Source: Octopus sinensis (lineage: Eukaryota). From it: DNA of 64,000 nt. Under the pieces are notes generated by a model. That model was not told the DNA's origin. It saw only the letters and a list, made by a program, of their open reading frames with translations, and searched no databases. The stretch lies in assembly GCF_006345805.1 (NCBI RefSeq), contig NC_043000.1:23126001-23190000 (forward strand), written 5' to 3'. Of this stretch, positions 35,506 through 48,930 are shown one piece after another. The position numbers and the translations under genes were made by a program. How positions within the stretch are numbered: position 1 is the first letter of the stretch; each line of letters begins with the position of its first letter.

Positions 35506-38500
35506 ATGGTAGTAGTGATAGAGTGAATAGAGAATCAATAGATTAGTACGTGTTTCTAGAAACGGTATATTGTTTCTGGCATAGACAAGCACTTAGAATC
35601 GGCTATGCTGAAGGGGGAGTAATAGGAGGCAAAACAGAGTATAAATAGAAACCAAGCAGTAAATAAATAAATATAATAGTACTGCTCTTAAGTGAAAACG
35701 ACTGAGTGTAGCATGAGATGAAAGACGAGGAAGAGAAAGCAAAGACAATATAAAACAAGTGGTAAAAAAAGAAGGGAAATGATCTTTCGTACCGACTAAA
35801 GAGAGACGATTAGTATAGGAAGTTGAATGCGTTTAAGTGAAACAGTTCTGAAGTAGATAGTATAGAATAGTATATGAAATCGTTTCTATTGATTTCCTTT
35901 GAAACCACGAACAATATTTAAATATTTATTTACTTGCTCAGGGAATTAATTCAAAGACCAATATTTCAGATGAATGTCAGACAATTTAGAGCGTTGACAT
36001 GACAACCTTAAAGACCGCGTATTTTCGTTTGATCGAGAGCATTTATAATTTAATGGAACCAAGTGTAAGAAAATTTTGAAGCATTGCTATTGTCTAACTC
36101 TTTATCATCATCCAGCAAGTTTAGATTCCAAAATCTTTTCACCATACGATATCAAGAGATGATCTATAAATCTTGTGTATGCAAATTAGATATATCGTCT
36201 GTTCCGCTTTAATGGCGCTGCACAAATTTTCTAGTTAATACTCAATATAAAGCTTCTCGTGTTTACTTGATTTATTATCTCGAATTAAATATAATCGAGA
36301 TATTTATTGGTAATGTAATGCTTTCTTGGTTATAAGCCAAACGTAATGAATCTTTTCTGGACTAGATCTCATCCCTATTTAAGAAATATTCACTAGAGTA
36401 TTAGCGCGTCTGTTATGAATGAATGAATAAATAAAAATACGGATTCATAGATACAAATTTACTGATAGGCAATCCTCCACTTCATCAGCACACCACAACT
36501 AATAGACAATCAACGTTATACCCTACTTCTATGTCTTTTAACACTAAGCTTTATTATAATGGTCTGTTCGCTTCTGAACTAGCCAACTGTGAACCACATT
36601 CGTCCATGACCGTTCGATACCAAAATCATTGCTTGTCCACAGTGCCCCTGCGATCGATCAGCAGCTGTTCAAACTGCTTATTAACCATATCGACCATGCG
36701 AACCGGAGTGCCTACAGGCGATTTCTCTCTTCCATTGATAAAAATAAGTCATTGACCCATTCTATACCAGACAAGTTTGGACTCAGAAAACATCAAAGTA
36801 CTCCGATTATCTGATCAACCAAAATCGCAGCAAAAGGAAATGCAGTATTATTCGTATATTAAATTTAATCGATACTTTTACCCTTAAAAAAAAAAAAAGA
36901 CGGTGGACTAATTCAATATTTCGTTCTAATTATTTTCGCAAATACAATTTACATGCTTGTAATAATTTATAATGATATAAAATAAATACCCGTCTAGTAC
37001 TGAATCGATCGACTAAAATTCTTCCCACCAAAACTGCGACCTTGTGTTTTAGTTAGAAATATTACAGTAATATAGAACTACGACAGCAATGCAATGATTT
37101 AAAAGAAAGCAAAAACATAATAAAAGAACGTTGAGTTCGAATATTTAACATTCATAGTTCTTAGTTGCAAAATTCAAGTACTATCTCTGTTAAAACATGT
37201 ATCTCTATGTTGTACCAATCTTTCGTTGAATTACATTAGTTAGACTAACCTTGAAAGGAAATAGAATAAAAATAAAATTAACTGAAACATTGACAAGAAA
37301 AGATGGAAAAAACATTTTTTTAAAAAGAACATTTTAAAAATAATTATTTCCTGCAAATGATTGCAGCAGGAACAAATGCAAAAATAACATGATTTGTTTA
37401 ATTTTACATATTTTCGTTCCATAAATCTTGGGTTACAGCTCTCAGAAAAAAAAATTGATTAGATGAACAATTTATGCAACTCTTTTTAGAGCCATTTCCC
37501 TGTGAATGTTTATATTTTGTGGGTTTTGTGTGTGGATTTTTTTCTAGCCGGACAAATACATAAATTAATCTTCGCATTTTATTTTCAACGGCCATTGCTT
37601 GCTTTGGCGGTTAGAGAACAAATGAGGTCAATGCTATTTTATCGGAATCTCCTGCTGTCACAATCCTTCACAGTATCACAATTCCAATTTTACTCCCTGC
37701 AAACCTATTATAAATGTATTTCTGCAACATATTTAATACGGTTGGTAAGAATTATGTTAGCCAGATCAAGTAATATTATCACTAAGTCAAAACCATTTAT
37801 TTGTCAGATCCATCACATTACCAAATTTAGTTATTAATAAATTCTCCATATTGTATTATACTCTACTTGATATTTCTTGTATAAAATGATTTGATTATTT
37901 GTTGTCAATCTCCAAATTGTTGAGAACATCTAAGAATAAATATTTTAACCATATTCTAAATTAAAATTTTTTTCTAGTGAGGTTCATGGTGATAGCTGGA
38001 ATCGTATAATTGTCAGAGCGCCAGACATTGTTATCTGTACCCAACAGTATTTAGTTACGTCTTTTTGTGTACTCAGTTTAAAATCCTACCGAAATCAATG
38101 TTTTTTCATCTAGGTTTGATAAAGTAAAATTCTGGGGTTGATTTATATTTCTATTGTGCATCTATGTGCATTCTATGTGAATAGAAGAGCTTTCCATGAC
38201 GTCTGCATTAAGCTAACTTAATTATCATATTTTGAATACGTAAGACAGACAATTTATGAATGAAAGGGAGGGGTAACTATAGCACAGTCCTAACTATGAA
38301 TACTATATATGGAGATAGCGGTATAGATAACATTACATAACCAAATAGATTGATATACCTGGATGTTCGTACAGATAACAATGAAAACCGCTTATTATAA
38401 TCACAATTTTATCAACCCGTTATTAGTGTGAAGTTTCTAATATATATTAGAAGCAAAACAATTGATGTGTCTCAAATTCAAACTCTTTATTTGATTAATG

Positions 38501-41054
38501 TTATCAGTTGGATATTGTTATTGAAAAAAGCTTAATCCCGACTGAACACAATAAGTGGCCGCCAATATGTGTAAGTGTGCCAACACACACAAATACACGC
38601 ACCTCCCATACATACACATTAAATATATATATACAGAGAGACAGACAGATAGAGACCTAAATTTAATCGCACACTGTATTTCTATATTCTTTATGCAATC
38701 TTTAACCTAAAAATTAAGCCATTTGCTGCAATATCCCCTTTCCGGTAATGTCGTAATATTAGGAGCCTAAAATCAGGGGGAGGTAATAACAATACTCGAA
38801 ATTAAGAAATTAGAACAGGTAATAATGAAACGTAATAATTAATTTCAAGTTAGTTACTTGCCAAACAAATACATGTCTGTGAATTACTTTCAGTACGATG
38901 AATTTGAATTTAGTTTTAAAATACGAATATTGTTAGTGATTGTATGAAGGTTATTGACCCATTCACGGATGTTCGCACCAATGTGATTTGAAAACGCTTG
39001 GAGAAACTGCGTGGCATTCAATTTTACAAAAATGATGCTTGGATCAATATTTATTCATGCAAAACCGTCACTCGCAAGCTAATCTGACTCGATTGCGTGT
39101 ACTATGCTTTCGCTAATTGTAGTCAGATCAAATAGTTGTGAGAACTATACTGCACATCTGCTCTCTAAGATCCTACAGTCTTTTGGGGACTGTTAGTAAC
39201 CACTTGAATACCTGTTTGATTTAATTTCACTGCACAAATTGTGTGTGTGTGACCATCACTTTTACACTTGCTTTCCATACTCGTCATGGTTGGACAAGTA
39301 AGTCGTTCTTGCTCTTATTCATGGGTAAAAGTTTGCATTTAGCGTGTGTTTCGAGGGAAAAAAATCAAATTTTACACAGCCATTGAAAAGTAGTTACTGC
39401 AAATAATAATGGTGGTGGTGATGTTCCCTGTGCTACTGAACTGAACGTACTACTCCGACATAAAATACTCTAAAAATATGACTTAATCGTCACACTTGTA
39501 TACTATGAGTCAGACTGAATATTTGGTGGGAAAAAACACCTGACCAAACTGACTGTATCACAGTCTTCTTAAAATCATTGACATCATTAGAGAGTGATAG
39601 AGAGATGCATGTATTTTGCTGGATATTACTGGAAAATTGAACAAGAATTCATTACGAATACATTTCTATGGATTGGTCGTCCTGGGCATGAAATGTTGCC
39701 CCACACTTAATCTTTCAAATGTTACACAGTATCGTGATGGGGTTGGACAAATCTGTATAAACTTGACTGGATAAATCATTGCTTTTAAATGTGCATTATT
39801 AGATTTGAAAGCAAATTACAAATTATATCATGATACTGCAAGACTAGAATTGCTTGCTCATCCTCCTTTCCTAATTATCGTCCTTCATTCTTCTGCCTCA
39901 GATCATCACATACCCTCTCTTTTATTTCTCCACCCCACTTCTAGGGGCAACTTAAGATCCTTGGCTTTGCGATTTACGAGGTCATTATCAGAAGTGCTGC
40001 TGATACAGAAAAATCATAGAAAAATCATCCAATACACTGTAAAGTAATTGGCGTTAGGAAGGGCATCCAGACATTCAAACAATGTCACGGAAGACATTGG
40101 TATTATGACGCAGTTCTTTAAATCGTTAGACCCTGTCAAATCGTCCAACCCACGCCAGCACGGAAGCCCAACGTTAAATGATGATGATGATGATAGGGAG
40201 GAGGGGGGTTATTCGTCAAAGAGAATAAGTAGTGTCGTTTGGTGGCCATTTCTCAGTTTCCCTTATACTCAGAATGCCTAGATGAGTCAATAAAGGAACC
40301 TTTGCTAGAAATAAGAACCAAATCCCTCTCTCAAATCACATCCTACTCTCATAGAAACGAAAAAGACATGTTACTCCTATATAATCTTTAAAAAAAAATT
40401 GGTATGGAGCCTTGAAATCATTAATCTCTTGAGACAGGCATGCAATATTTTTTTTTCCCACCGCCTGTTTCCTATTATATTCTCAAGCAAATTCTGTCCA
40501 TGACCCAGTCTTAGTTTCCACTAGAAACCAATTCACTTCAAGCATACAGCTAATGATCTTGAGAATAACCTTAAGCGTCACAATTTCCTACTTGCCCCTC
40601 TGATAAATTTGAGGTTTTCATCCTCTGTGAGAAATCACTACATTAGAAAGAAAAAGAAAAAAAAAACGAAAATAAAAAAGAATGAGCAAAAGAACTAAAA
40701 GACTGCATTAAATAAGTGATAATAAGAACATGTAAACTAAGTAGTGTTGGTGAGTTGCCAACAAGTTGAATAAGTGAATGGTTAGTAACAATGGCGAGAG
40801 AAAGAGAGGTGTGGGGGGACGGGGGTAAGATAGCAACAGGCAAGAAACAAGCAGACGAAAACCTGATAAATCAGCAATAAGCTAGTGACTGACTATTGAT
40901 TGTGCTAGTCAGACACACAGCAAATAAGCGCTCCAACAAAACAGTTAACAACAGATTGTCAACGGACAAGAAAGAAAGGCAGTTAGCAATAGGCATTAAT
41001 GGAAATAAGTGGAACAATACAAGCTTAATTACTTGTAAACAATTCCTGCAGTTA

Positions 41055-41087
<33 letters not shown>

Positions 41088-42199
41088 TAATAATAATAAT
41101 AATAATGGTGATGTTTTCTTTATTTTATTTAAATATTTTTTAAAAGAATTTGAAGAACAGAAAACAATAAAATATGTTGCTAGCTTGTAAGTCACAAGTA
41201 AACAGCTTTTTTTTTTTAAAAAAAAGTAATAATTTAAAATTAAACAGTGTAAAACAAAGAATTGTCCTGGAAATATGGATTGGCATGAGTGTAAACAAAG
41301 AGAAGTATTAGGAGATAATGTCAATGACCTGAGAGAAAGCTGTTTGCCAGTCGGTTTATGAAATGTGATGGTGATAATACAAGATGACTTTTAACAGGAT
41401 CGTCGGCATCATCATAACCAACATTATCACCACCATAATCATCATCGCTATCACCTTCATCATCATTTGTTATCAGTAACAGCAGCAATTAGTTTTTGAT
41501 TGTTGTGTAATATTTGATATTCTCTTGTTTTTGTTTTGCTTTTTTTTCCTTCCGGCGGGAGCAAGGTTTACTGACGAGATTGAGAGAAGAGAATGGAAAG
41601 AAGGTAGATGCGAGAAGTAATGAGTAAAACAGGAATGTAGAAAGAAAATGGTGAAAAAGAGTGAATATTTGGATAATGAAATCAATGGCTATGAAACAGG
41701 ATTTATCAGAGAAATTAGTGCAAAGAACTACGAAACTGTAAAAGTTATATCTGAGAAGGAAAACGTCTAATGGAGTGGCGTGTATGTGTATGTGAAAGAT
41801 GAAAGGAAAAGTGAAGTAAGGAGAAAGCAAATATATTTTAGAGGACGTTTATTTTGTCTTTGGGAAACAAAAATGTCAATAAGTATTAAGTTTAAAGTTG
41901 ATATTAGATTACAAGGGATGAAAAAAGAATATTGTATTGTTTTTCATTTGGGTATAAAATCTTTTGAAGGGAAACTGATAAGTGTGTCGCTGGTGCCATA
42001 ATTTGATAGGGCACAGGGTGGATGGAAGGATAACAGGAAGACAACAGAAGTTAGAATTGATTCATAAGCAGCATTCTACTAACACACATCATGTGTGCAA
42101 TTAATGAGATTCATTGAAAATTCATCAAGTGGAATTGATTTTCTTCATAATAAATCTGTTTTTGTCTGGTCTTGTCTATTCTCATTCTCAATCCTGAGA

Positions 42200-42860
42200 A
42201 TCATGAACCATGGACACATGTATCATTTCTATTTCGATTCCTGGCTTTAGACATGATTGTGCATTAAGCCAGAAGTCTTTTGGTCCATTCTCTGATGTCG
42301 TCCAGCCAACATCTTCTCAGTCATCCTCTTCTTCATTTTTCCATTGAACTCTTCCCTCTAGGATGTGGGTGCTGAGTTTCTGGGCTCTGATGACACCTCC
42401 CAAAACTCCAACTTTCTCTTCCTGACAGTTGTCAAAAATTCTCTTTATGCTCCCATTTCCTCCAGTACTCTTGGATAGCATGCTATTTCAAAGGCTTTGA
42501 GTTTGGTAGCATCATTTGCTCTTTGGGTCCTGCTTTCACAATCCATATCGTACAATAGTGTCTTCAGGAGTTTTAATCTGATATTCTTGATTAGGATTCT
42601 GTCTTTCCAAATTATATTGCTGCTCAAACTCACACTCATATTTCATGGTCCCTACTTCTGATTGTTCTATGATAGCATCCATTCTGACCTTTTCTAAGAT
42701 AACTCTTTACCATTAGATGTTGAGTTATTCATGTGCTGTTGCTACTGTTATAATGTTTGTCGTTTTTGCATTGATTTCCAGCTTGTATTCACTCAATGCT
42801 CTTTGTACCTTGTCCAGTAATCTCTGTAACACTTCTGGTGATGTTGCAGTTGGGACTATA
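42200..42860 (-). mobile_element. Decayed RTE LINE fragment
   Basis: IRLKLLKTLL..DCES..QRANDATKLKAFE remnant. Confidence 0.55.
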
Positions 42861-43789
42861 TCAGGTTGATAGTTTATATTTTTTCTACTGATGGTGATTC
42901 TTATCTAAGTTTGTCATAATTTGTTTTCAAATTAAAAAGCATAAATAGAGTGAACTAGTTTCAACTTGGAATATGTCTAGTCTCAGGATTAATGGAGCTG
43001 TTGGTGCTGGTGCCACATAAAAAAAAGCATCAATGCTGGTGCCATGTAAAAAGTACTGGTGCCAGTGCCACATAAAAAGTCCCCAGTACACTCTGTAAAG
43101 TAGCTGGTATTAGGAAGGGCATCCAAATGTAGAAACCATGCTAAAACAAATAATGGAACCTGATATGGTTCCTCCATGACAGCTATGTCAAACCATCCAA
43201 CCTATGCCTGCATAGAAAATAGATGTTAAATGATGACGATGATGATGATGATGACAAGGATGACAGTGATATACTCTATGGTTCTTGCCCAAACTGACTT
43301 GATTAGCATCTACACCATATTGACGTTGTTCCATCTATTCTAGATAGGGCATGCAGTATGCTCATGAGATTATTAGCTGGGTTATGTAGAAGTAGTCTTG
43401 TAGCAGCCAGAAGATATTTAAAGATACACTTAAAAAAACACCCTTAAAATTTTTCGCCATAGTTCCAGTTGACATGGTTAAGTCAAACGATGCATTCAAA
43501 GTCTCCAAGCTTTGTAAGGCCAACAGGATTATTGTAGCAGAGCAAAGAAGTATTTAAATTCAGAAACCTATGGTACTGTTCAGAGTTGTTACAGTGATGC
43601 CTAAGATCAAATTAATTTCCCCTCATCCCAAGGGAGTGGGGAAATAAATAATGTTTTCAATTATTTGAGATTTGGAGTTGTTTTCCCTCTCTATCTTGGG
43701 CAGATTTAAGCCTTGCTTTAATGTTAACCATTCTTCAACTTAAGTTACTACAAGAGACCTAGGTTAGCTTAGGAGACTGATAAAGATAA

Positions 43790-45850
43790 TCAAAGCTAAC
43801 CTAACTAAGACCAAAGTTGTTTGTAAGAAAGAAGATAAAACTCTCTTTCCATCAGGTAAATGGCCCTCCTTAGTATGTAGGAAAGGAGTTGGAAGAAATT
43901 CCATTCACTGCAATCAGTGTAAACTATGGACACGTAAGAGGTGCAGTGGAATCACAGGTAGCTGAACAAATAAAGTAGTCTTTGTATGCGGCAGATGTGC
44001 AGGAACAAGAAGCACTAAGAGCACGTAGGATATAGATTCTCCCAAATGCCCAGGAGGCTCTCTTGAGGTTGTTGATAGTTTCTGTTAACTAGGCGACCAA
44101 ATTAATAATGATGGAGGATGCTCTGAAAGTATTATTTCTAGAATAAGAATTGGGTGGAGGAAATTCAGAGAGCTATTACCTCTGTTGGCAGCAAAAGGAC
44201 TCTCTCTCTCAGAGTGAAAGGTAGACTATATGATGCTTGTGTGCAAACAGCTATACTCCATGGTAGTGAGACATGGGCTCTGAATGCAGAAGACTTGTGT
44301 AGACTGGAGAGAAATGAAGGTAGTATGCTCCATTGGATGTGTAACATCAGTGTGCACTTACAATAAAGTGCAAATGTATTGAGAGAAAAGTTGGTTATAA
44401 GAGGAATCAAATGCAGCATGCAAGAGAGAAGACTATGTTTTGGACATGTGATGTGTATGAATGAGGACAGCTGCATAAAGAAGTACCGATCACTGAAAGT
44501 GGATGGTACCCACAGAAGAGGGAGACCCAGGAAAATGTGAACTAAGTGGTAAGGACTGATCTCCGGATGTTGCGCCTCACGGAGTAAATGACAATAGATC
44601 AAGATGTCTGGCAATACGAAGTTCTAGAGATGATCCACCCACATCAGCGAAACTGAGTTCTAGAAGTGCTGTGTGTCTCACCCACAAGAAAACTTCTCAC
44701 ACACTACCACAACAAACCAAACTACCCTTCTACATCTCTTCCTCACATTTCTGCTTCATGCATTATGCTTACCTCCCACTCCCCAATCTTGTCATCATTG
44801 CTCTCTGCTAACCCCCAATCTATGTGTTCCACCCACACACTCTGCCTCACTGTATTATTGCTACCTGCTAACCTCCAACCTGTGTGCTCTGCCCACACAT
44901 GACAAGAAAACTTTGCACTCACCCTACCCCAACAGACCAATCTGCATCTCCACATCTCTTCTCTTCTTTACATTTCCTCTTTCATACACTATGCTTTGCT
45001 CTCACGGCCCTGTTCCTCTGTATCATTGCTATTCGGTAGCCCCCCACCCCGATTCTATATATACCCAGGTTTTTACCACTTGCTCCCCGCTCTACACTCT
45101 TCCATCTCACTTCCTTTGCAATATCTTGCCACTTTGGCATTTGACCCTTAGGGATATGCCCTGGCACTTGCCACCATCTATATCTCTCTCTTCTTTTGCT
45201 CAACCATCCCATTTATATCCTTATCCCTGTCCCTTGTGAGTATGCCCAGCACTTTGCTACCATCTCTATCCTGCTGTCTCCCACTCTCTCTCTCCCCTTC
45301 TCCTGCATTTCTCTCAGGTTGGATAACCATGTATTTCCTTTGTGGTAGCGCACCTGTTTCTGTCTTCATTCCTGATCTCTCTCTCTCTTCCTACCACACC
45401 CCGGTCGGGTAACCTTGTACTTCCTCTACAGCAAGACACCAGTTTCTGTCTCTTTGTCTCATCATCCGACACAAGATTGCTTCCTCCAATGCCCCCTCCC
45501 CCTCTTGAAAGTAGTTTTTTTTTGTTTGTTTTGCAAGTACTTGGTGACCCTGCCAGTGCAGGTGTCAGTTAAAAGCACCCAGTCCACATTGTAAAGTGGT
45601 TGGTGTTCGGAAGGACACCCAGCAGTAAAAACCTTGCGAAAACCGACTTCGCCCGTGCTTGTGCAACGTAATAAGCACTAAGTCCACTCTGTTGGGTGGT
45701 TGGTGTTAGGAAGGGCATCTAGCTGTAAAAATCCTGACAAAACAGTCGCAGAAGTCTGGTGCAGGCTTCTGCCTGGCTGGCTCTTGTGAAACTGTCCCAC
45801 CCATGCTAGCATGGAAGGCGGACGTTAAACGACGACAATGATGATCATGA
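43790..45850 (+). mobile_element. 5'-truncated RTE-like LINE: RT C-terminal region, long 3' UTR and (GAT)n tail
   Basis: Broken frames GKWPSLVCRKGVGRNSIHCNQC, GWRKFRELLPLL, KGRLYDACVQTAILHGSETW and FGHVMCM...RGRP. The 3' end matches the abundant family D retroposon. Confidence 0.75.
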
Positions 45851-47369
45851 GAGGAATTGAAGAATTATAAAAAATGTGTTGAGACGAGGATAAAAAAAAA
45901 ACCTCTATGTGATCGTTTAACCTGTTAGAAATAGCTTTAAATCTTCAAATTAAACTTTACCGTCCAACACTATACATTGTATAATGTACACCTTAGGACG
46001 TGTTGAAAAAAATAAGACGAGACGACCGTAGTTGGTTAGAACGTCTCTGATCATAAGTCTCCATAATCAGAGCTGGCCGGGGGTTAAACTACTATTATTG
46101 ATCACTGACTATTGATCACATGTTCTATGAGGTTATGCAATTTTTCTTGTACGCTAATTGTCGAATCTACACCATTAGGTAATTATATTCTGGAGTAAAG
46201 GGGAGAGCTGGTACAATGGTTATAGTGTGTCTGACAAAATGTTTAGTGCTGAAGCCAACTTAGCGTTACATCCCTTCGAGATCGATAAAATAAGTACCAG
46301 TTCGAGTACAGGAATCGATGTAACCAAGTTCCTTCTCCCCTTATAAAAATTGTTGGTTTTGTGCCAAAACTAAAGAAACATTGTATTCTAGCATCAAGAT
46401 ATTGAGGCGCGGGTCTAACTATGCCGCAGTAAATGAAACCTTATTAGGTCAAAACCACGTTCTTTCCATTCTCGTATCTTCTTTCTCGGTGTTTTAGAGT
46501 CATGCAATAAATAATATTCTTATATAGAATTAATTGATCCGCATACTTTAATGTTACGTAATCTCACTGGCTATCAATGTACATGTGAAACATTATTCCC
46601 AAGCATGCACGTAAAGAAAAATGTCTTTATATGTGTACAAAATAACCATCAAAGATGCATATAAAAGTTAGCCTTATACACACGTGTGCATGCAAAATAA
46701 ATACGTATCCAAAACAATTTTCATCTGTTCACATAAAAGACTTTTTAAAGATGTGTCTCAAATAGCTTTCAACATATATTAAGTCAACTGGAGAACCTTT
46801 AGGTAGTCATCCGGCCTGTTAGAAACAGCACCCATATCTTCCTCATATCACTCCCTACCGCCTTAAATAAGAAAGGAACATATTAGGTAATGAGCCGTGT
46901 GTATATATTATTAAAAAGACGAGATGGTCACGAGTGGAAGGTCTTTGAAATAAGGTCTGTTCGATCAGAGTTGACTCGTGGTTAAACAACAACAAATCAA
47001 TGTTCATATCTGTGTATCCAATAACACAATCAGACCCAGATTGCTTTTGATCAATTTGCTTTCATAAGTGAAAGGTGAAACATCAGTCTGTAAAAGTGTT
47101 TCGATGGATTTATTTATCCCCCTATCCTTCGGTTATCTTACACACAGACACTATTGCACGCACACAGAGCTATTCTTACGCACAGTAGACAGATCAATTA
47201 CATCGTACATTACACAAACATATACCATCATACGTGTTCACATATCAGACACATACATAAAACCTCATCGTTTTAAATTGATCAGCGAAAATCCCCAAAG
47301 AGACAGAGATAAAAGAAAAGCCAGCGATATTGAGGTTGTGGTTCATAGACAGGGAATTTACATAAAGGA

Positions 47370-48130
47370 GCGGAGAGAGGGAGAGGAAATAGGGAAAGGA
47401 AGAGAAGACAAGACTGATGAGAGTGGAAAGAGCAGTAAAATCAAAGGAAAACGTACGAAAAAAGGAAGGGATGGAGAGAATTAAAAGGGGAAAGTGAGAG
47501 GAGAATAGAAAGAGGGAGTGGGAGCATAGTAAAATATATTAAAAGCCAGAGCTGAGTAGGGAAAAAGAAAAGAAAAGATTATAAGAGAAGAGGGAAAGAG
47601 ACAAAAGATGTGGGGGCTGCTGAGTGAGGGAAGACAATGTACAGGCAAAGAATGAGAAAAGGTAGCAGGAAAGTAAAAGAGAAGATGAATAAATATGGCA
47701 GGAATGAGAGACTGAAGAAGAACGAAAGACAAGAAAAGTGATGAATTAAGAAAAGAAAGGATGAAGGAGAAATAGGGGCAGAATCGGTGGGGTGGGGAGA
47801 GAGAAAAAATCAAATATAGGGAGAGTAAGAGAGGAATATATAAAAGAAAAAAAGACAGTTAAGTGGGAATGTTAGAGTGCGTGTGTAGAGAGGGTGGAGT
47901 GGCATAGAAAAGGCGGCGGGGGGGGGGGGGTAGAATGATTGACAAAAGATGAAAGAGAGGAAAGAGGAGTATTAAGAGAAAGAAAGGAAACAGGAGAATA
48001 AAAGGAGGAGAAGAAAGAGATGCGATGAGGTGGGGGGGGAGAAGAAAGGGTAAAGGAAGTTAAGCGATGGAGGAAGATGCTACAGAAGGGGGAAAGGTGG
48101 GAAATAAGAGAAGCAGTAATGAAATAGAGA
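47370..48130. repeat. Long low-complexity purine-rich (GA) tract on the + strand
   Basis: Strong strand asymmetry read directly. A shorter one lies at 5030-5170. Confidence 0.85.
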
Positions 48131-48203
48131 CAGATTAAAAATAAAAGAAAATAAATAAACAATAATTGGTAGAGAAAGCGAAGCCGAAATAATAGAGAGT
48201 CAC

Positions 48204-48930
48204 CATCAATAGATCGATGATCTTTTTGTTGCAAGCCGGTTGGGTGGTTCGTTTCCTATGGCTACATTGCATGTTTACGACATGTCTGCTACATGTCTGC
48301 ACTGAAAAGGAATTGATCAACCCTGTGCTCCCCGAGCCAGTGTGTTTTTCTCTCTCATTCATTGAACAGCTGGCAACGAATGAATGAATGAATGAACGAA
48401 GCATCAACACGAATGAAAATTGCTCTACAGCTGTGTGCGTGTGTGCGTCTTTCCCTGTGAAGGAGTCTCGCAGTGCGTGGAGACGTGCGTGTGTGCAAAG
48501 AAAGAAGAAAAAAAAAAGAAAAAGAGGCAAACGATTGTGTATGTTGGCTGTATGAATGAATGCAAATACTTTGAGCCTGACTCTCTCTCTCTTGATCTTT
48601 CTCTCCCCCTCTCTCGCTCATGTGTTCTCTTGCCTCTCGCTTTATATATATATTCTCTGTTTATATGTTTTCATTTATGTAAAATACTTTCTAGTTATCT
48701 TATTATTTTGTTTCTAACAGTAGTAATAACACACATGCATCGTATGTATGTGTATGTATATATAAATGGATCTATCTTTTTCTCTCTCTCTACACACACA
48801 CGCACGCACATGTATGTAATGCTCATCTATACTTTGACAACTCGGAAGATGAAACTTCGTTGTTTTCCTTTTTCACGTGCGTTCTCGTTGTCTTTCTCAT
48901 CACATGCACGCGCGCATAACTGCTTCGCGG
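48204..48930 (-). promoter_or_regulatory. CpG-island-like region with a candidate minus-strand first exon
   Basis: High CpG at 48400-49200; donor TGATG|GTGACT at 48204/48203, followed by ~800 bp of pyrimidine-rich minus-strand sequence. Confidence 0.35.

Noticed and set aside
36560-36700. Possible TGA readthrough or selenocysteine in the minus frame
   Set aside because: No SECIS, start context or homology evidence; only a short extension after the stop.
44673-45239. 188-aa ORF
   Set aside because: CT-rich LINE 3' UTR that is stop-poor by composition.
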